Assembly: GCA_022788345.1 (NCBI GenBank)
Contig: JALFTM010000132.1
Location: 1 to 47,339, forward strand
Source: Bacteroidales bacterium
GTDB lineage: Bacteria; Bacteroidota; Bacteroidia; Bacteroidales; Bacteroidaceae
Length of the DNA: 47,339 nt
Direction of reading: 5' to 3'
Shown: positions 38,517-47,339 of the stretch, in pieces
Numbering within the stretch: the first letter of the stretch is position 1
Layout of the letters: each line of letters begins with the position of its first letter
Notes under the pieces: model-generated
What the model was told of the DNA's origin: nothing
The model's database searches: none
Seen by the model: only the letters and a program-made list of their open reading frames with translations
Program-made: the position numbers and the translations under genes

Positions 38517-38954
38517 ATGCACTTTTTGCACCGCATCTTTATCACTGTCTTTGCTATAGCAACCTTTTGGAGTTGCGACCGCGTCACAGACAATGGGCCA
38601 ATTGATGGCTTTTGGCAACTCACACAAATTGTCACCAATGACAATGAGAAAACTACCATATATAATGCCAAAGAAGACAATACAAGATTGGCTTTCCAGT
38701 TGGAGTTGTCACAATTGAGTCTGGCTACAGGTGTCTTCTCCAGCACCTTCAGCATAAAAAACAATCAACTCATCCTTTCAAAACTCTATCGAAGTGCCTT
38801 TGCCACCGACTCGCTTCTTACAGACAGCGATTTGGCTAATTTAGCCTTTTATGGAATCATCTCCGAAAGCCCTGTTTTTGACATCGTAACACTCAACAAA
38901 GCTTCTTTAATCCTAAGGTTAAATAATAAAGAGCTCCACTTTAGACGTTATTGA
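38517..38954 (+). CDS. Lipoprotein, lipocalin-like
   Basis: Lipobox-like FWSC followed by DNGPIDGFWQL (GxW motif). Confidence 0.75.
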   Translation: MHFLHRIFITVFAIATFWSCDRVTDNGPIDGFWQLTQIVTNDNEKTTIYNAKEDNTRLAFQLELSQLSLATGVFSSTFSIKNNQLILSKLYRSAFATDSLLTDSDLANLAFYGIISESPVFDIVTLNKASLILRLNNKELHFRRY

Positions 38955-39031
38955 CCTTTGACCATTTAATGCGCATACAAGAAACCTGCAACTGAGGTGT
39001 TGACCTTTGTTACTCATCTTTGTTTGCGCTC

Positions 39032-39078
39032 AAAGAGTAAGCGCATGAAGAATTTTCTTCATGCGCTTACTCTTTTTT
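39032..39078. terminator. Perfect palindrome / bidirectional terminator
   Basis: 21-bp arms AAAGAGTAAGCGCATGAAGAA / TTCTTCATGCGCTTACTCTTT, 2-nt centre, between convergent genes. Confidence 0.75.
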
Positions 39079-39128
39079 CTTTATGCGCCTCCCGTAAAAT
39101 GAGATTGCGCCATTAGGTAAACATCGAC

Positions 39129-40046
39129 TTATCGCAACTTCAAACTCGCTCCGATGCTGGGAAGATAGTCTTTAGGAAGATGATTGAGCTTATACAATGT
39201 TTTCATACGCACGCCATAAGTTTGAGCAATAGAATGAAGCGATTCGCCAGCCCGAACGATATGAAAAGTGCCCTTCAAAGACTTAGCCACTTTCTTGCTT
39301 TTCTTCTCAAGAAAGACAACATCTCCCGGCATCAATTGGTGGTGTTTGCTCACTTCGTTATACCTGCGCAGTTTGCGTTCGCTAACATCCATGGCTTTAC
39401 TGATCGAGGCATAAGTGTCTCCATCAGAGGCAATCACATAGTAGTTATCATTGCAACGATGCACACTCATTTCGGATCGACCAATAACAGCTGTGGGAGC
39501 AAGCCCCGAAACATCAGCGACCAAACGAGGCGACTCGCCCGGTGTCATGTAATCCAATCGCGCCAAATCGAAACGTTCTATGAGGTCGATCAAGCGAGTG
39601 GCATAAGCAGGATTTGTTGCATAACCTGCAGCCTTTAGCCCCTTGGCCCATCCTTTATAGTCTGTGCGATGAAGATTAAACAAAGAGGCATAGCGGGGAC
39701 GTTTCAAAAAGAGGGAGTGATCCTCATAAGAATGTGCCACATCATTGTACTTTCGAAAACGTTCATTCCGCTCGTCATCGTCTTTCAGCATATAAGGGCC
39801 AGTCCATCCAGTGCCCACTTTGATGCCGAAGTGGTTGTTGGCTTTCACTGCTAAAGTGCTTCGTCCTGCCCCACTTTCCAATAAAGCTTGTGCCATTGTA
39901 ATGGAAGCAGGCACACCATGGCGGTGCATCTGCTCAACGGCCATCGTTTTATATTTTTCAATATACTCGACATAGCCGTTTTGTGCAAGTAAACGCAATC
40001 CAAAAGTAAAGAAAATGCAAATAAAAAGGGAGAGGCGTTTCAACAT
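39129..40046 (-). CDS. GH73 glucosaminidase with two LysM domains (peptidoglycan hydrolase)
   Basis: Signal peptide from MLKRL (40046), QALLESG, NNHFGIK, GYATNPAYA, two LysM-like repeats. Confidence 0.92.
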   Translation of the reverse strand: MLKRLSLFICIFFTFGLRLLAQNGYVEYIEKYKTMAVEQMHRHGVPASITMAQALLESGAGRSTLAVKANNHFGIKVGTGWTGPYMLKDDDERNERFRKYNDVAHSYEDHSLFLKRPRYASLFNLHRTDYKGWAKGLKAAGYATNPAYATRLIDLIERFDLARLDYMTPGESPRLVADVSGLAPTAVIGRSEMSVHRCNDNYYVIASDGDTYASISKAMDVSERKLRRYNEVSKHHQLMPGDVVFLEKKSKKVAKSLKGTFHIVRAGESLHSIAQTYGVRMKTLYKLNHLPKDYLPSIGASLKLR

Positions 40047-40120
40047 AAATTCATTTTTAGAGACGAGTGTACTTTGAAATACCACCTCGTTGCTCGTGGT
40101 TCAGCGACAATTCATAAATG

Positions 40121-40128
40121 CAAATATA
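40121..40128 (-). promoter_or_regulatory. -7 box TATATTTG for the GH73 gene
   Basis: Exact TAnnTTTG in the intergenic gap. Confidence 0.55.
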
Positions 40129-40167
40129 GAGTTCTCTCTTCAGAGACATAGATTGTGGCAAGTGTTT

Positions 40168-40908
40168 CTATTCAAAATAGAACAACGCTTTCACAACGAC
40201 TTCATTGGTAACATTTACTATTTGGGTGGCATATTTACCTCCCTCTTGATGTTCGAGAAAGAGACGAAGTTCATCGCCACAATAGGCTTCTTTGGCGTAC
40301 ATAATATCTATGCGTACAAGTCGCTCTTGTCGATATTTCTCTATGGGAAAGAGATTGAGCAAAAGTTGTAAATAACGGATGGAATTAACATGACCATTTA
40401 TATCAATATCAGAGACTCCTGTTGTATAGGAAGCTACAGGTTCTATCGCTCTTAAGCGAATACGCTCAGGAGGAGCAATGGGTACATCGTCTGCAACAAT
40501 ACGCTCTGCAAAAGTTCCCTTGACATCAAATTGGTCGATATTATAAGGTGCTCTTGTTTGTGTATCAATCATTGCCCAAACACTTGTAGCATAGCCCAAC
40601 ACTTCGCCCGAAGCTTTACGCATTGTATAATTACGTGTAGTAAATTGTCTGAACGAATTGGTGACCCATGTTGAAAGCGTAAACTCATCATAGGTCTTAG
40701 GTAGTTCACTCATGACAATGCTCAAACGAGAAAGTACCCAAGCTTTATTTTTCTGAATAAGAGCTTCATAGCCATATTCATTGGCCGTAGCATGCTTTTC
40801 TGAGATACGTAATAACAAATTGCCCAAGACGCCCCATGAAAGCGTTCCCATAAAGTCTTCTGTAAAAGGTTCTACTCGTAAAGGTAGAGTCATAATGCAA
40901 TCGCTCAT
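40168..40908 (-). CDS. Acyl-ACP thioesterase
   Basis: WVLSRL, SVWAMID, SDIDINGHVNS..Y double-hotdog motifs. Confidence 0.9.
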   Translation of the reverse strand: MSDCIMTLPLRVEPFTEDFMGTLSWGVLGNLLLRISEKHATANEYGYEALIQKNKAWVLSRLSIVMSELPKTYDEFTLSTWVTNSFRQFTTRNYTMRKASGEVLGYATSVWAMIDTQTRAPYNIDQFDVKGTFAERIVADDVPIAPPERIRLRAIEPVASYTTGVSDIDINGHVNSIRYLQLLLNLFPIEKYRQERLVRIDIMYAKEAYCGDELRLFLEHQEGGKYATQIVNVTNEVVVKALFYFE

Positions 40909-40945
40909 AAGCCTCTTTCTTAGATATATTCCTTGTTATATGCCA

Positions 40946-40953
40946 CAAAGGTA
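40946..40953 (-). promoter_or_regulatory. -7 box TACCTTTG for the thioesterase
   Basis: Exact TAnnTTTG 37 nt upstream of the ATG. Confidence 0.6.
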
Positions 40954-41229
40954 GTAAATACTACTGGATAACACAATTGCTTTGGAATTGTACTTAGCAG
41001 AAATCTTTATGCTACTAAAATCAGTCTACGAGAACATTTACATAAAACGCTGTAAGACAAGACAAAGAGAAAATTAGACAAGAACATGCGTATCCTTTTT
41101 GAAAGAAATTGCTCACTCTATATTACAAAAAAGCGCAAAAAATTTGGTTGCTATTTTTTTTATACTTAAATTGCACTCGCATTCCAAAAGGAAGCACAAC
41201 ATCACAAACCAATAACATCTCTTTGAATC

Positions 41230-43389
41230 ATGAAAGTATATTCTTCACAAGCGATCAAAAACATTGCGCTTTTAGGTAACGATGGCTCAGGTAAGACCAC
41301 CCTTACAGAAGCTCTCCTTTTTGAGGGTGGTCAAACACAGCGCCGTGGACGCATTACACAACAAAATACAGTTTCTGACTACTTCCCAGTAGAGCAGGAT
41401 TATGGTTATTCCGTATTCTCAACTGTTTTTCATGTGGAGAGAGGAGAAAAGAAACTCAACTTCATCGATTGTCCAGGCACAGACGATTTTGTGGGTGCAG
41501 CTCTCACAGCCTTACATGTCACAGATACTGCCATTCTTTTGATAAAAGGAGGTGTTGGGCCAGAAGTGGGAACGCAAAACCATTTTCGATATACAGAGAA
41601 GCTCAAAAAGCCTGTTATCTTCCTTGTGAATCAGCTTGATGATGAGAAATGCGACTTTGATGCTGTCGTTGAACAGTTGCAAATGAACTATGGTAGCCGC
41701 ACCGTAGTTGTACAATATCCCATCGCTACAGGCCCATCTTTCAATAGCGTCATCGATGTAATCCTCATGAAAAAGTTGACTTGGGGAGTTGATGGTGGTG
41801 AGGCACAAGTAGAGGAAATTCCTGCGGAAGAACTTGAAAAAGCACAAGCTCTCCATAAAGCCTTGGTAGAAGCAGCTGCAGAAAATGACGAGTTGCTCAT
41901 GGAGAAATTCTTCGAAACAGAGCAACTGAATGAAGATGAAATGCGTGAAGGCATCCGTAAAGGAATGGCTACACGTAGCATTTTCCCTGTTTTCTGTGTC
42001 TGTGCTTATAAGAATATGGGAGTAGGACGCTTGATGGACTTCTTGGGCAATGTTGTGCCTTTTGTTAATGAAATGCCTGCTGTTCATAATACACGTGGCG
42101 AAGAAGTGCCTTTGGATACCCTTGCTCCTACATCTATCTATTTTTATAAAACGGGGGTAGAGCCTCATATTGGAGAAGTTCAGTATTTCAAAGTGATGAG
42201 CGGAGTGCTCAAGGTTGGCGATGAACTGACGAATGCCGATCGTGGCTCTAAAGAACGCATTGCACAGCTCTTTGTCAGCTCTGGTGCCAATCGTACCCCT
42301 GTGGAGAGCCTTTCCGCTGGTGATATTGGCTGTACTGTAAAACTCAAAGATGTGCGTACGGGCAACACACTTAACGCAAAAGGCACAGAGAACAAATTTA
42401 ACTTTATAGCTTACCCCAACTCCAAATACACCCGCGCTATCAAAGCCAAAGAAGAGGCCAATACAGAAAAACTGATGGCGGCTTTGACACGCATGCGTCA
42501 AGAAGATCCAACTTGGGTTGTTGAACAAAGCAAAGAGTTGCGACAGACATTGGTGCATGGACAAGGTGAATTCCATCTCCGCACACTACAATGGCGTTTG
42601 GAGCATTTAGATAAAATTCCCGTTGTTTTCTCCGAACAACGCATCCCATATCGTGAAACTATCACAAAGGCCGCTCGCGCTGACTACCGCCATAAGAAAC
42701 AAAGTGGTGGCGCTGGGCAATTTGGTGAAGTACATCTGATTGTAGAGCCTTATAGCGACGGCATGCCCGATCCAACGACTTACAATTTCGGCAGTCAGGA
42801 GATACGCATCAATGTGAAAGGACGCGAGGAAATAGACCTTGATTGGGGTGGCAAACTTGTATTCATAAATTCCGTTGTTGGCGGTGCAATTGACACCCGC
42901 TTTATGCCTGCAATCTTGAAAGGAATTATGTCACGCATGGAGCAAGGACCTCTAACAGGTTCTTATGCTCGCGATGTGCGCGTAGTGGTCTATGATGGTA
43001 AGATGCACCCAGTAGATTCTAATGAGCTTTCTTTTATGCTCGCTGCCCGTCAAGCTTTCAGTCAGGCATTCAAAGAAGCTGCCCCCAAAATTCTTGAACC
43101 CATCTATGACTTAGAAGTCTTTACTCCTGCCGATTGCATGGGCGATGTCATGAGCGATTTGCAGGGTCGCCGTGGTCTCATCATTGGTATGGACAGCGAA
43201 AATGGCTATGAAAAGTTGCAAGGAAAAGTACCTTTGAAAGAGCTCGCCTCCTATTCTACAGCTTTGAGTTCGCTCACTGCAGGCCGTGCCTCTTTCATCC
43301 GCAAATTTGCCAGCTACGAACTTGTTCCAGCCGATTTACAGCAAAAACTAATTGCTGAATTTGAAAAGGAAAATACAGATAAAGAGTAG
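41230..43389 (+). CDS. fusA2: Elongation factor G paralogue EF-G2
   Basis: EF-G architecture with divergent G motifs (GNDGSGKT, DCPGTDDF, NQLD), KKQSGGAGQFG, domain IV insertion, HPVDS. Confidence 0.93.
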   Translation: MKVYSSQAIKNIALLGNDGSGKTTLTEALLFEGGQTQRRGRITQQNTVSDYFPVEQDYGYSVFSTVFHVERGEKKLNFIDCPGTDDFVGAALTALHVTDTAILLIKGGVGPEVGTQNHFRYTEKLKKPVIFLVNQLDDEKCDFDAVVEQLQMNYGSRTVVVQYPIATGPSFNSVIDVILMKKLTWGVDGGEAQVEEIPAEELEKAQALHKALVEAAAENDELLMEKFFETEQLNEDEMREGIRKGMATRSIFPVFCVCAYKNMGVGRLMDFLGNVVPFVNEMPAVHNTRGEEVPLDTLAPTSIYFYKTGVEPHIGEVQYFKVMSGVLKVGDELTNADRGSKERIAQLFVSSGANRTPVESLSAGDIGCTVKLKDVRTGNTLNAKGTENKFNFIAYPNSKYTRAIKAKEEANTEKLMAALTRMRQEDPTWVVEQSKELRQTLVHGQGEFHLRTLQWRLEHLDKIPVVFSEQRIPYRETITKAARADYRHKKQSGGAGQFGEVHLIVEPYSDGMPDPTTYNFGSQEIRINVKGREEIDLDWGGKLVFINSVVGGAIDTRFMPAILKGIMSRMEQGPLTGSYARDVRVVVYDGKMHPVDSNELSFMLAARQAFSQAFKEAAPKILEPIYDLEVFTPADCMGDVMSDLQGRRGLIIGMDSENGYEKLQGKVPLKELASYSTALSSLTAGRASFIRKFASYELVPADLQQKLIAEFEKENTDKE

Positions 43390-43458
43390 CCTTTTCAACT
43401 AAGCAAATAGTTTACCTCAAATTGTTCTCATAGAGATACAATTTTCTAAGAATGCGAC

Positions 43459-43495
43459 AATCCTCTCTGGTCTATAATTTAGAGCAGAGAGGATT
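43459..43495 (+). terminator. Probable terminator after fusA2
   Basis: AATCCTCTCTG-G-TCTA / TAGA-G-CAGAGAGGATT stem; weak U tail. Confidence 0.6.
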
Positions 43496-43648
43496 ATATT
43501 ATACGGTAATGGCATAAGTGGAAGGAGATATTCCTCTATCGGGCCAATCCTTTATCCTTTCTCTCTTTAAGGCATTTTTTGAGTCAAAAGAACTATAGTC
43601 TTGACTTTTTTTACTAACTTGCAACGGCAAATAAAATATGGTATAGAT

Positions 43649-44392
43649 ATGACTTTAACGTGCGCCATTATTGACGATGAGCCTTTAGCACTTGGGCTAA
43701 TTCGCAGCTATGTAGAAAAGACGCCTTTCTTGGACTTAATCGGAACTTATTCAAGTGCAGTGGAAGCACTTAGCGCCTTAAAAGAAGAGGCTATCGACTT
43801 GTTGTTCCTCGACATACAAATGCCCGAACTCAATGGATTGGAGTTTTCTCGATTGGTAAGTGCTGAGACCAAAATTATTTTTACTACAGCCTTCTCACAA
43901 TATGCAATCGATGGTTATAAAGTCAATGCCATTGATTATCTATTGAAGCCAATAAGTTATTCGGACTTTTTAGAAGCCGCACAAAAAGCCTTAGCTTGGT
44001 TTGAAGAGCGGATGAAGAAAGTGCGACAAGACTTGCAACAAAGCACAGCATCTGAAACACTTAATGACAGTATATTTGTAAAGAGTGATTACAAGCTGAT
44101 ACGTATAGACTTTTCTGAAATTCTCTATTTCGAGGGTTTGAAAGATTACGTAAAAATTTATACAGAACTGGAGCGAAAGCCCATTCTCTCGCTTACTTCT
44201 ATGCACTTATTAGAGGCTTCTCTCCCCTCTCCTCGCTTTATGCGCATCCATCGCTCATTCATCGTCAATATGGAGAAAGTAAAAGTACTGGAGCGTGGAC
44301 AAATTCTTTTTGGGGACAAGCAGCTACCCATCTCTAACAGCTATAAGGATCAAGTGCAAGAGTACATCAACATACGGACAATAGGCAAATAG
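43649..44392 (+). CDS. LytTR-family response regulator
   Basis: REC motifs IIDDE, LDIQMP, TTAF, YLLKP; LytTR motif FMRIHRSFIVN; start MTLTC at 43649. Confidence 0.94.
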   Translation: MTLTCAIIDDEPLALGLIRSYVEKTPFLDLIGTYSSAVEALSALKEEAIDLLFLDIQMPELNGLEFSRLVSAETKIIFTTAFSQYAIDGYKVNAIDYLLKPISYSDFLEAAQKALAWFEERMKKVRQDLQQSTASETLNDSIFVKSDYKLIRIDFSEILYFEGLKDYVKIYTELERKPILSLTSMHLLEASLPSPRFMRIHRSFIVNMEKVKVLERGQILFGDKQLPISNSYKDQVQEYINIRTIGK

Positions 44393-44429
44393 ACCCAAAA
44401 TACACTTTTACTCACCTCATCATCAAATT

Positions 44430-45041
44430 ATGAAGTATCTTCTTTTTCTCTTTCTCTTCGTAGCAACACTTGGTGCTCCTGCTCAAACTGCGAAGAAATA
44501 TTTAGCTGGAGCTGTTCCTACGGAAAATGGTTATGTTCAGTTTTCAAAGACTTATAACGTTCCCGGTAAAAGCCGTACAGAGATTTTTAATTCTCTATTG
44601 GAATACACAAAAACTGAAATTGTTGGAGGAGCACAACACCTCAATCAGTCTCGCATTACGGATAATAATGTAGACGAAGGGATAATCGTGGCCAGTATGG
44701 AGGAATTTTTATATTTCAAACGTACAGCGATGGTAAGCCACGGCACTCGTTTCTTCTACCAGCTCATTTTCCAAATAGAAGATGGAGCGTTTACAGTTGA
44801 AATGCGTCGTATCCATTACATCTATGATGGTGTTGATGGCACAACTTCTCAAGCACAAAATATCCGAGCTGAAGATTGGATTACTGACAACAAGGCCTTG
44901 AACAAGAATGGCCAAAAACTTAATCGCACTTCTGGAAAGTTCCGTAAAGCAACAATAGATCGAAAAGATGAAATCTTCCGCCAAGCGGCCATTGCCAGCG
45001 GTGCTGAAGTCAAGACCAAAGTGGTTGTCGTAGACGAATAA
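44430..45041 (+). CDS. Exported protein, DUF4468-like
   Basis: Signal peptide; KYLAGAVP, AEDWITD..AL, KFRKATID; family call from memory. Confidence 0.7.
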   Translation: MKYLLFLFLFVATLGAPAQTAKKYLAGAVPTENGYVQFSKTYNVPGKSRTEIFNSLLEYTKTEIVGGAQHLNQSRITDNNVDEGIIVASMEEFLYFKRTAMVSHGTRFFYQLIFQIEDGAFTVEMRRIHYIYDGVDGTTSQAQNIRAEDWITDNKALNKNGQKLNRTSGKFRKATIDRKDEIFRQAAIASGAEVKTKVVVVDE

Positions 45042-45069
45042 CCTCATCAACAATCGACAATAAAAACAA

Positions 45070-45120
45070 ACCTCAAGCTTACAGTTCCTTTAGGTATGTA
45101 AGCTTGAGGTCTTTCTTTTT
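45070..45120 (+). terminator. Intrinsic terminator
   Basis: Perfect 14-bp stem ACCTCAAGCTTACA / TGTAAGCTTGAGGT followed by CTTTCTTTT. Confidence 0.85.
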
Positions 45121-45210
45121 CGAATGTTAAATTAGGAGTTTGAAAAATAGAATAAAGTTATAAACACAAAGAAAAACCTCTTTCGTCTTTCTCATGTTTA
45201 TTATAAAAAC

Positions 45211-45218
45211 TATATTTG
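45211..45218 (+). promoter_or_regulatory. -7 box TATATTTG
   Basis: Exact TAnnTTTG about 105 nt upstream of ATG 45325. Confidence 0.6.
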
Positions 45219-45324
45219 CGACATATAGAAACAACAATAGTTGAAACTATCTGCTCATTTGAAAGAAGATACATATCTCTTTTGAAGAAGAGTAGAAGTT
45301 ATTCACCTACTAAAGAATAGCATT

Positions 45325-46167
45325 ATGAAACGGACTTTAATTGGACTATTCGTGGCGATACTCCCCCTTTCTGCGAATGCCATCAACTATGACGATGCTC
45401 GTCAGCAAGCTTACTATCTTACAGACAAGATGGCTTATGAGTTGGATTTGTCATTAGAACAATATGAATATGTCTATCAAATCAACTTAGACTACTTCCT
45501 TAGTGTTAATTCTTGGCGCGACATAAATGGTAGTTATTGGAACTATCGCAATATGGATTTGCAATATGTCTTGACAGATTGGCAGTATCGTCAATTTATG
45601 GCCATAGATTACTTCTTACGCCCTATTGTATGGCGTCAATCCTCATGGTTCTTTCCCGTAGTAAACTTTTATCATACCGGTTTCTACTATTTCTCTCGCC
45701 CCAACTTCTACAGTAGCTACCAAGGACGCACTTGGCAAGGACGGATCAATACAGCGCCAAGCCCTTATCGAGGTATGGTCTTTAACAGAGATTATGGTAT
45801 GAGAGAGCGATATCGTGGCAGTAACCACTCGTCTTATCCTCAAGCTTGGGGACGAGATAATGATCGCCGTGGCTACAACAATGGTCGTTACAATCAAAAC
45901 TCCCAAGGATATAACGTAGGAAGAGGCAGAACTAACACCAATTCAACAGCAGGGCGTTACTACGATAGCAACGGGAACACATCACAACCACAGCAACGAG
46001 CACCACAACAAAATACGGCACATCCATCACCAATGACAGGACGCACATACGGAAGAAGTACAACAGGAACAACTTATCAGCAACAAGCTCCTTCCGTTAA
46101 TAGGTCGCAATCTGCTCCTGCGCAACAAAGCACAAGTCGTAGTGCTGGGCGCACGTTTGGCAGATAA
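45325..46167 (+). CDS. Exported hypothetical protein with low-complexity C-terminus
   Basis: Signal peptide ending ANA, helical N-domain LTDKMAYELDL, aromatic-rich middle, R/G/Y/N/Q/S/T-rich tail. Confidence 0.85.
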   Translation: MKRTLIGLFVAILPLSANAINYDDARQQAYYLTDKMAYELDLSLEQYEYVYQINLDYFLSVNSWRDINGSYWNYRNMDLQYVLTDWQYRQFMAIDYFLRPIVWRQSSWFFPVVNFYHTGFYYFSRPNFYSSYQGRTWQGRINTAPSPYRGMVFNRDYGMRERYRGSNHSSYPQAWGRDNDRRGYNNGRYNQNSQGYNVGRGRTNTNSTAGRYYDSNGNTSQPQQRAPQQNTAHPSPMTGRTYGRSTTGTTYQQQAPSVNRSQSAPAQQSTSRSAGRTFGR

Positions 46168-46181
46168 TATATAAAAGAGTC

Positions 46182-46226
46182 TTAAGTGCATTTTTCTGAA
46201 AAGAAAGATGCACTTAAAGCTTTTCT
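46182..46226 (+). terminator. Intrinsic terminator with GAAA tetraloop
   Basis: 16-bp stem TTAAGTGCATTTTTCT-GAAA-AGAAAGATGCACTTAA. Confidence 0.75.
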
Positions 46227-46286
46227 CTGAGAGTCATTTCGTTCAATTTATATGGCTCAATAGTTTAAGCATTGTAGATGTAAAAG

Positions 46287-46318
46287 TTTGGTTTGTTGAG
46301 CTTGAAGTTGTAACTTTG
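46287..46318 (+). promoter_or_regulatory. Full -33/-7 promoter for mlaE
   Basis: TTTG 46287-46290, 20-nt spacer, TAACTTTG 46311-46318. Confidence 0.7.
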
Positions 46319-46322
46319 TGCT

Positions 46323-47069
46323 ATGTTTGTACTAAAGTTTTTGAACTCTTTTGGGAAGTATCTCTTTCTTATGGGACGCACTTTTGGACGTCCTGAAAGG
46401 ATGCGTATGTTTTTCAAACAATATACCAAAGAAATGGCACAGCTCGGTGTAGATTCGATTGGTATTGTCTTGCTTATTTCTTTTTTCATAGGTGCTGTTA
46501 TTTGTATTCAGATCAAGCTGAATGTGCAGAGCCCTTGGATGCCTTCTTGGGTATCGGGCTATACCACCCGTGAGATCATGCTTTTGGAGTTTTCTTCCAG
46601 CATCATGTGCTTAATTCTATCTGGGAAAGTAGGCTCAAACATAGCCTCTGAGATAGGAACGATGCGCACTTCCCAACAAATTGACGCTTTAGAAATCATG
46701 GGCGTTAACCCAGCCAACTTCTTAATCTTACCAAAGATATTAGGCCTCATCACAATGATGCCTATTCTGGTAACTTTTAGCACTGTGAGTGGCATCTGTG
46801 GAGCTTATGCCACAGCCTATTTAGGTGGTATCATCACGCCAAGTGACCTTACCAGCGGTTTGCAACACGACTTCACACAATGGTTCTTTTGGATGGGCAT
46901 TATCAAATCATTATTCTTTGCATTTATCATTGCAAGCGTGTCTTCTTTCTTTGGCTACTCCGTTGAAGGAGGGTCTGTCGAAGTAGGCAAAGCAAGCACC
47001 AATGCGGTAGTGTCCAGTTCAATGCTCATTCTTTTCTCAGATTTATTCCTTACTCGTCTTCTTTCCTAA
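46323..47069 (+). CDS. mlaE: MlaE-family ABC permease
   Basis: GKVGSNIASEIGTMRTSQQIDALEIMGVNP, GGSVEVGKASTNAVV. Confidence 0.93.
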   Translation: MFVLKFLNSFGKYLFLMGRTFGRPERMRMFFKQYTKEMAQLGVDSIGIVLLISFFIGAVICIQIKLNVQSPWMPSWVSGYTTREIMLLEFSSSIMCLILSGKVGSNIASEIGTMRTSQQIDALEIMGVNPANFLILPKILGLITMMPILVTFSTVSGICGAYATAYLGGIITPSDLTSGLQHDFTQWFFWMGIIKSLFFAFIIASVSSFFGYSVEGGSVEVGKASTNAVVSSSMLILFSDLFLTRLLS

Positions 47070-47082
47070 ATCGTTTGACAAC

Positions 47083-47339
47083 ATGATACAATTAGATAAT
47101 GTATATAAGTCTTTTGGTGAGAAGCAAGTGCTCAAAGGTATCAACACCACTTTTGAAGATGGCCAAACAAATCTTATCATAGGCCAAAGCGGTGCAGGAA
47201 AAACGGTGTTGATGAAATGTGTGGTAGGCCTATTTACGCCCACACAAGGAGATGTCCTCTATGATGGACGTAGCTTCGTGGCAATGAGTAAGCGAGAGCG
47301 TGCTTTGCTACGTCGCGAGATGGGCATGATTTTCCAAAG
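47083..47339 (+). CDS. mlaF: MlaF-type ABC ATPase (partial, runs off the window)
   Basis: Hand translation MIQLDNVYKSFGEKQVLKG...GQSGAGKT (Walker A)...GMIFQ. Confidence 0.88.
   Translation, partial: MIQLDNVYKSFGEKQVLKGINTTFEDGQTNLIIGQSGAGKTVLMKCVVGLFTPTQGDVLYDGRSFVAMSKRERALLRREMGMIFQ

Noticed and set aside
41031-41088. Two AGAACAT words upstream of fusA2 as possible Cur half-sites
   Set aside because: No palindromic partner half-site; too weak without a matrix scan
41512-42576. 354-aa ORF antisense to fusA2
   Set aside because: Shadow frame of a conserved gene; no recognisable motifs or expression signals

Overview
Core-genome window of a Bacteroidales bacterium, probably Prevotellaceae (Prevotella/Alloprevotella-like). 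That placement is inferred from the proteins and from repeated TTTG/TAnnTTTG sigma-A promoter boxes. Contents in order: queC-yhhQ, three GT2 glycosyltransferases plus a DegT aminotransferase, a rubredoxin missing from the ORF track, aroE-menG, trmD-PBP1A-kdsB-MORN-glgB, an IS256 remnant, DUF5063-exonuclease-rlmI-ligA, cca, a sialic-acid catabolic cluster with a Kelch mutarotase-SSS transporter fusion, a DEAD-box helicase, GT3 glycogen synthase-glgP, zapB/zapA/rny, wzi-like, GH73-LysM, acyl-ACP thioesterase, EF-G2, a LytTR regulator and mlaE/mlaF. I saw no tRNA, rRNA, CRISPR array, prophage or defence system. The most notable signals are non-coding: (1) a preQ1-I-like riboswitch overlapping the SD-less initiation region of yhhQ; (2) two gene-less units in which a full -33/-7 promoter is followed directly by a terminator, predicting RNAs of about 50 nt; (3) a switch-like leader with a uORF on the DEAD-box helicase, partly complementary to one of those RNAs; (4) a palindromic array of 21-bp units. 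All family calls come from motif recognition by eye, not database searches.
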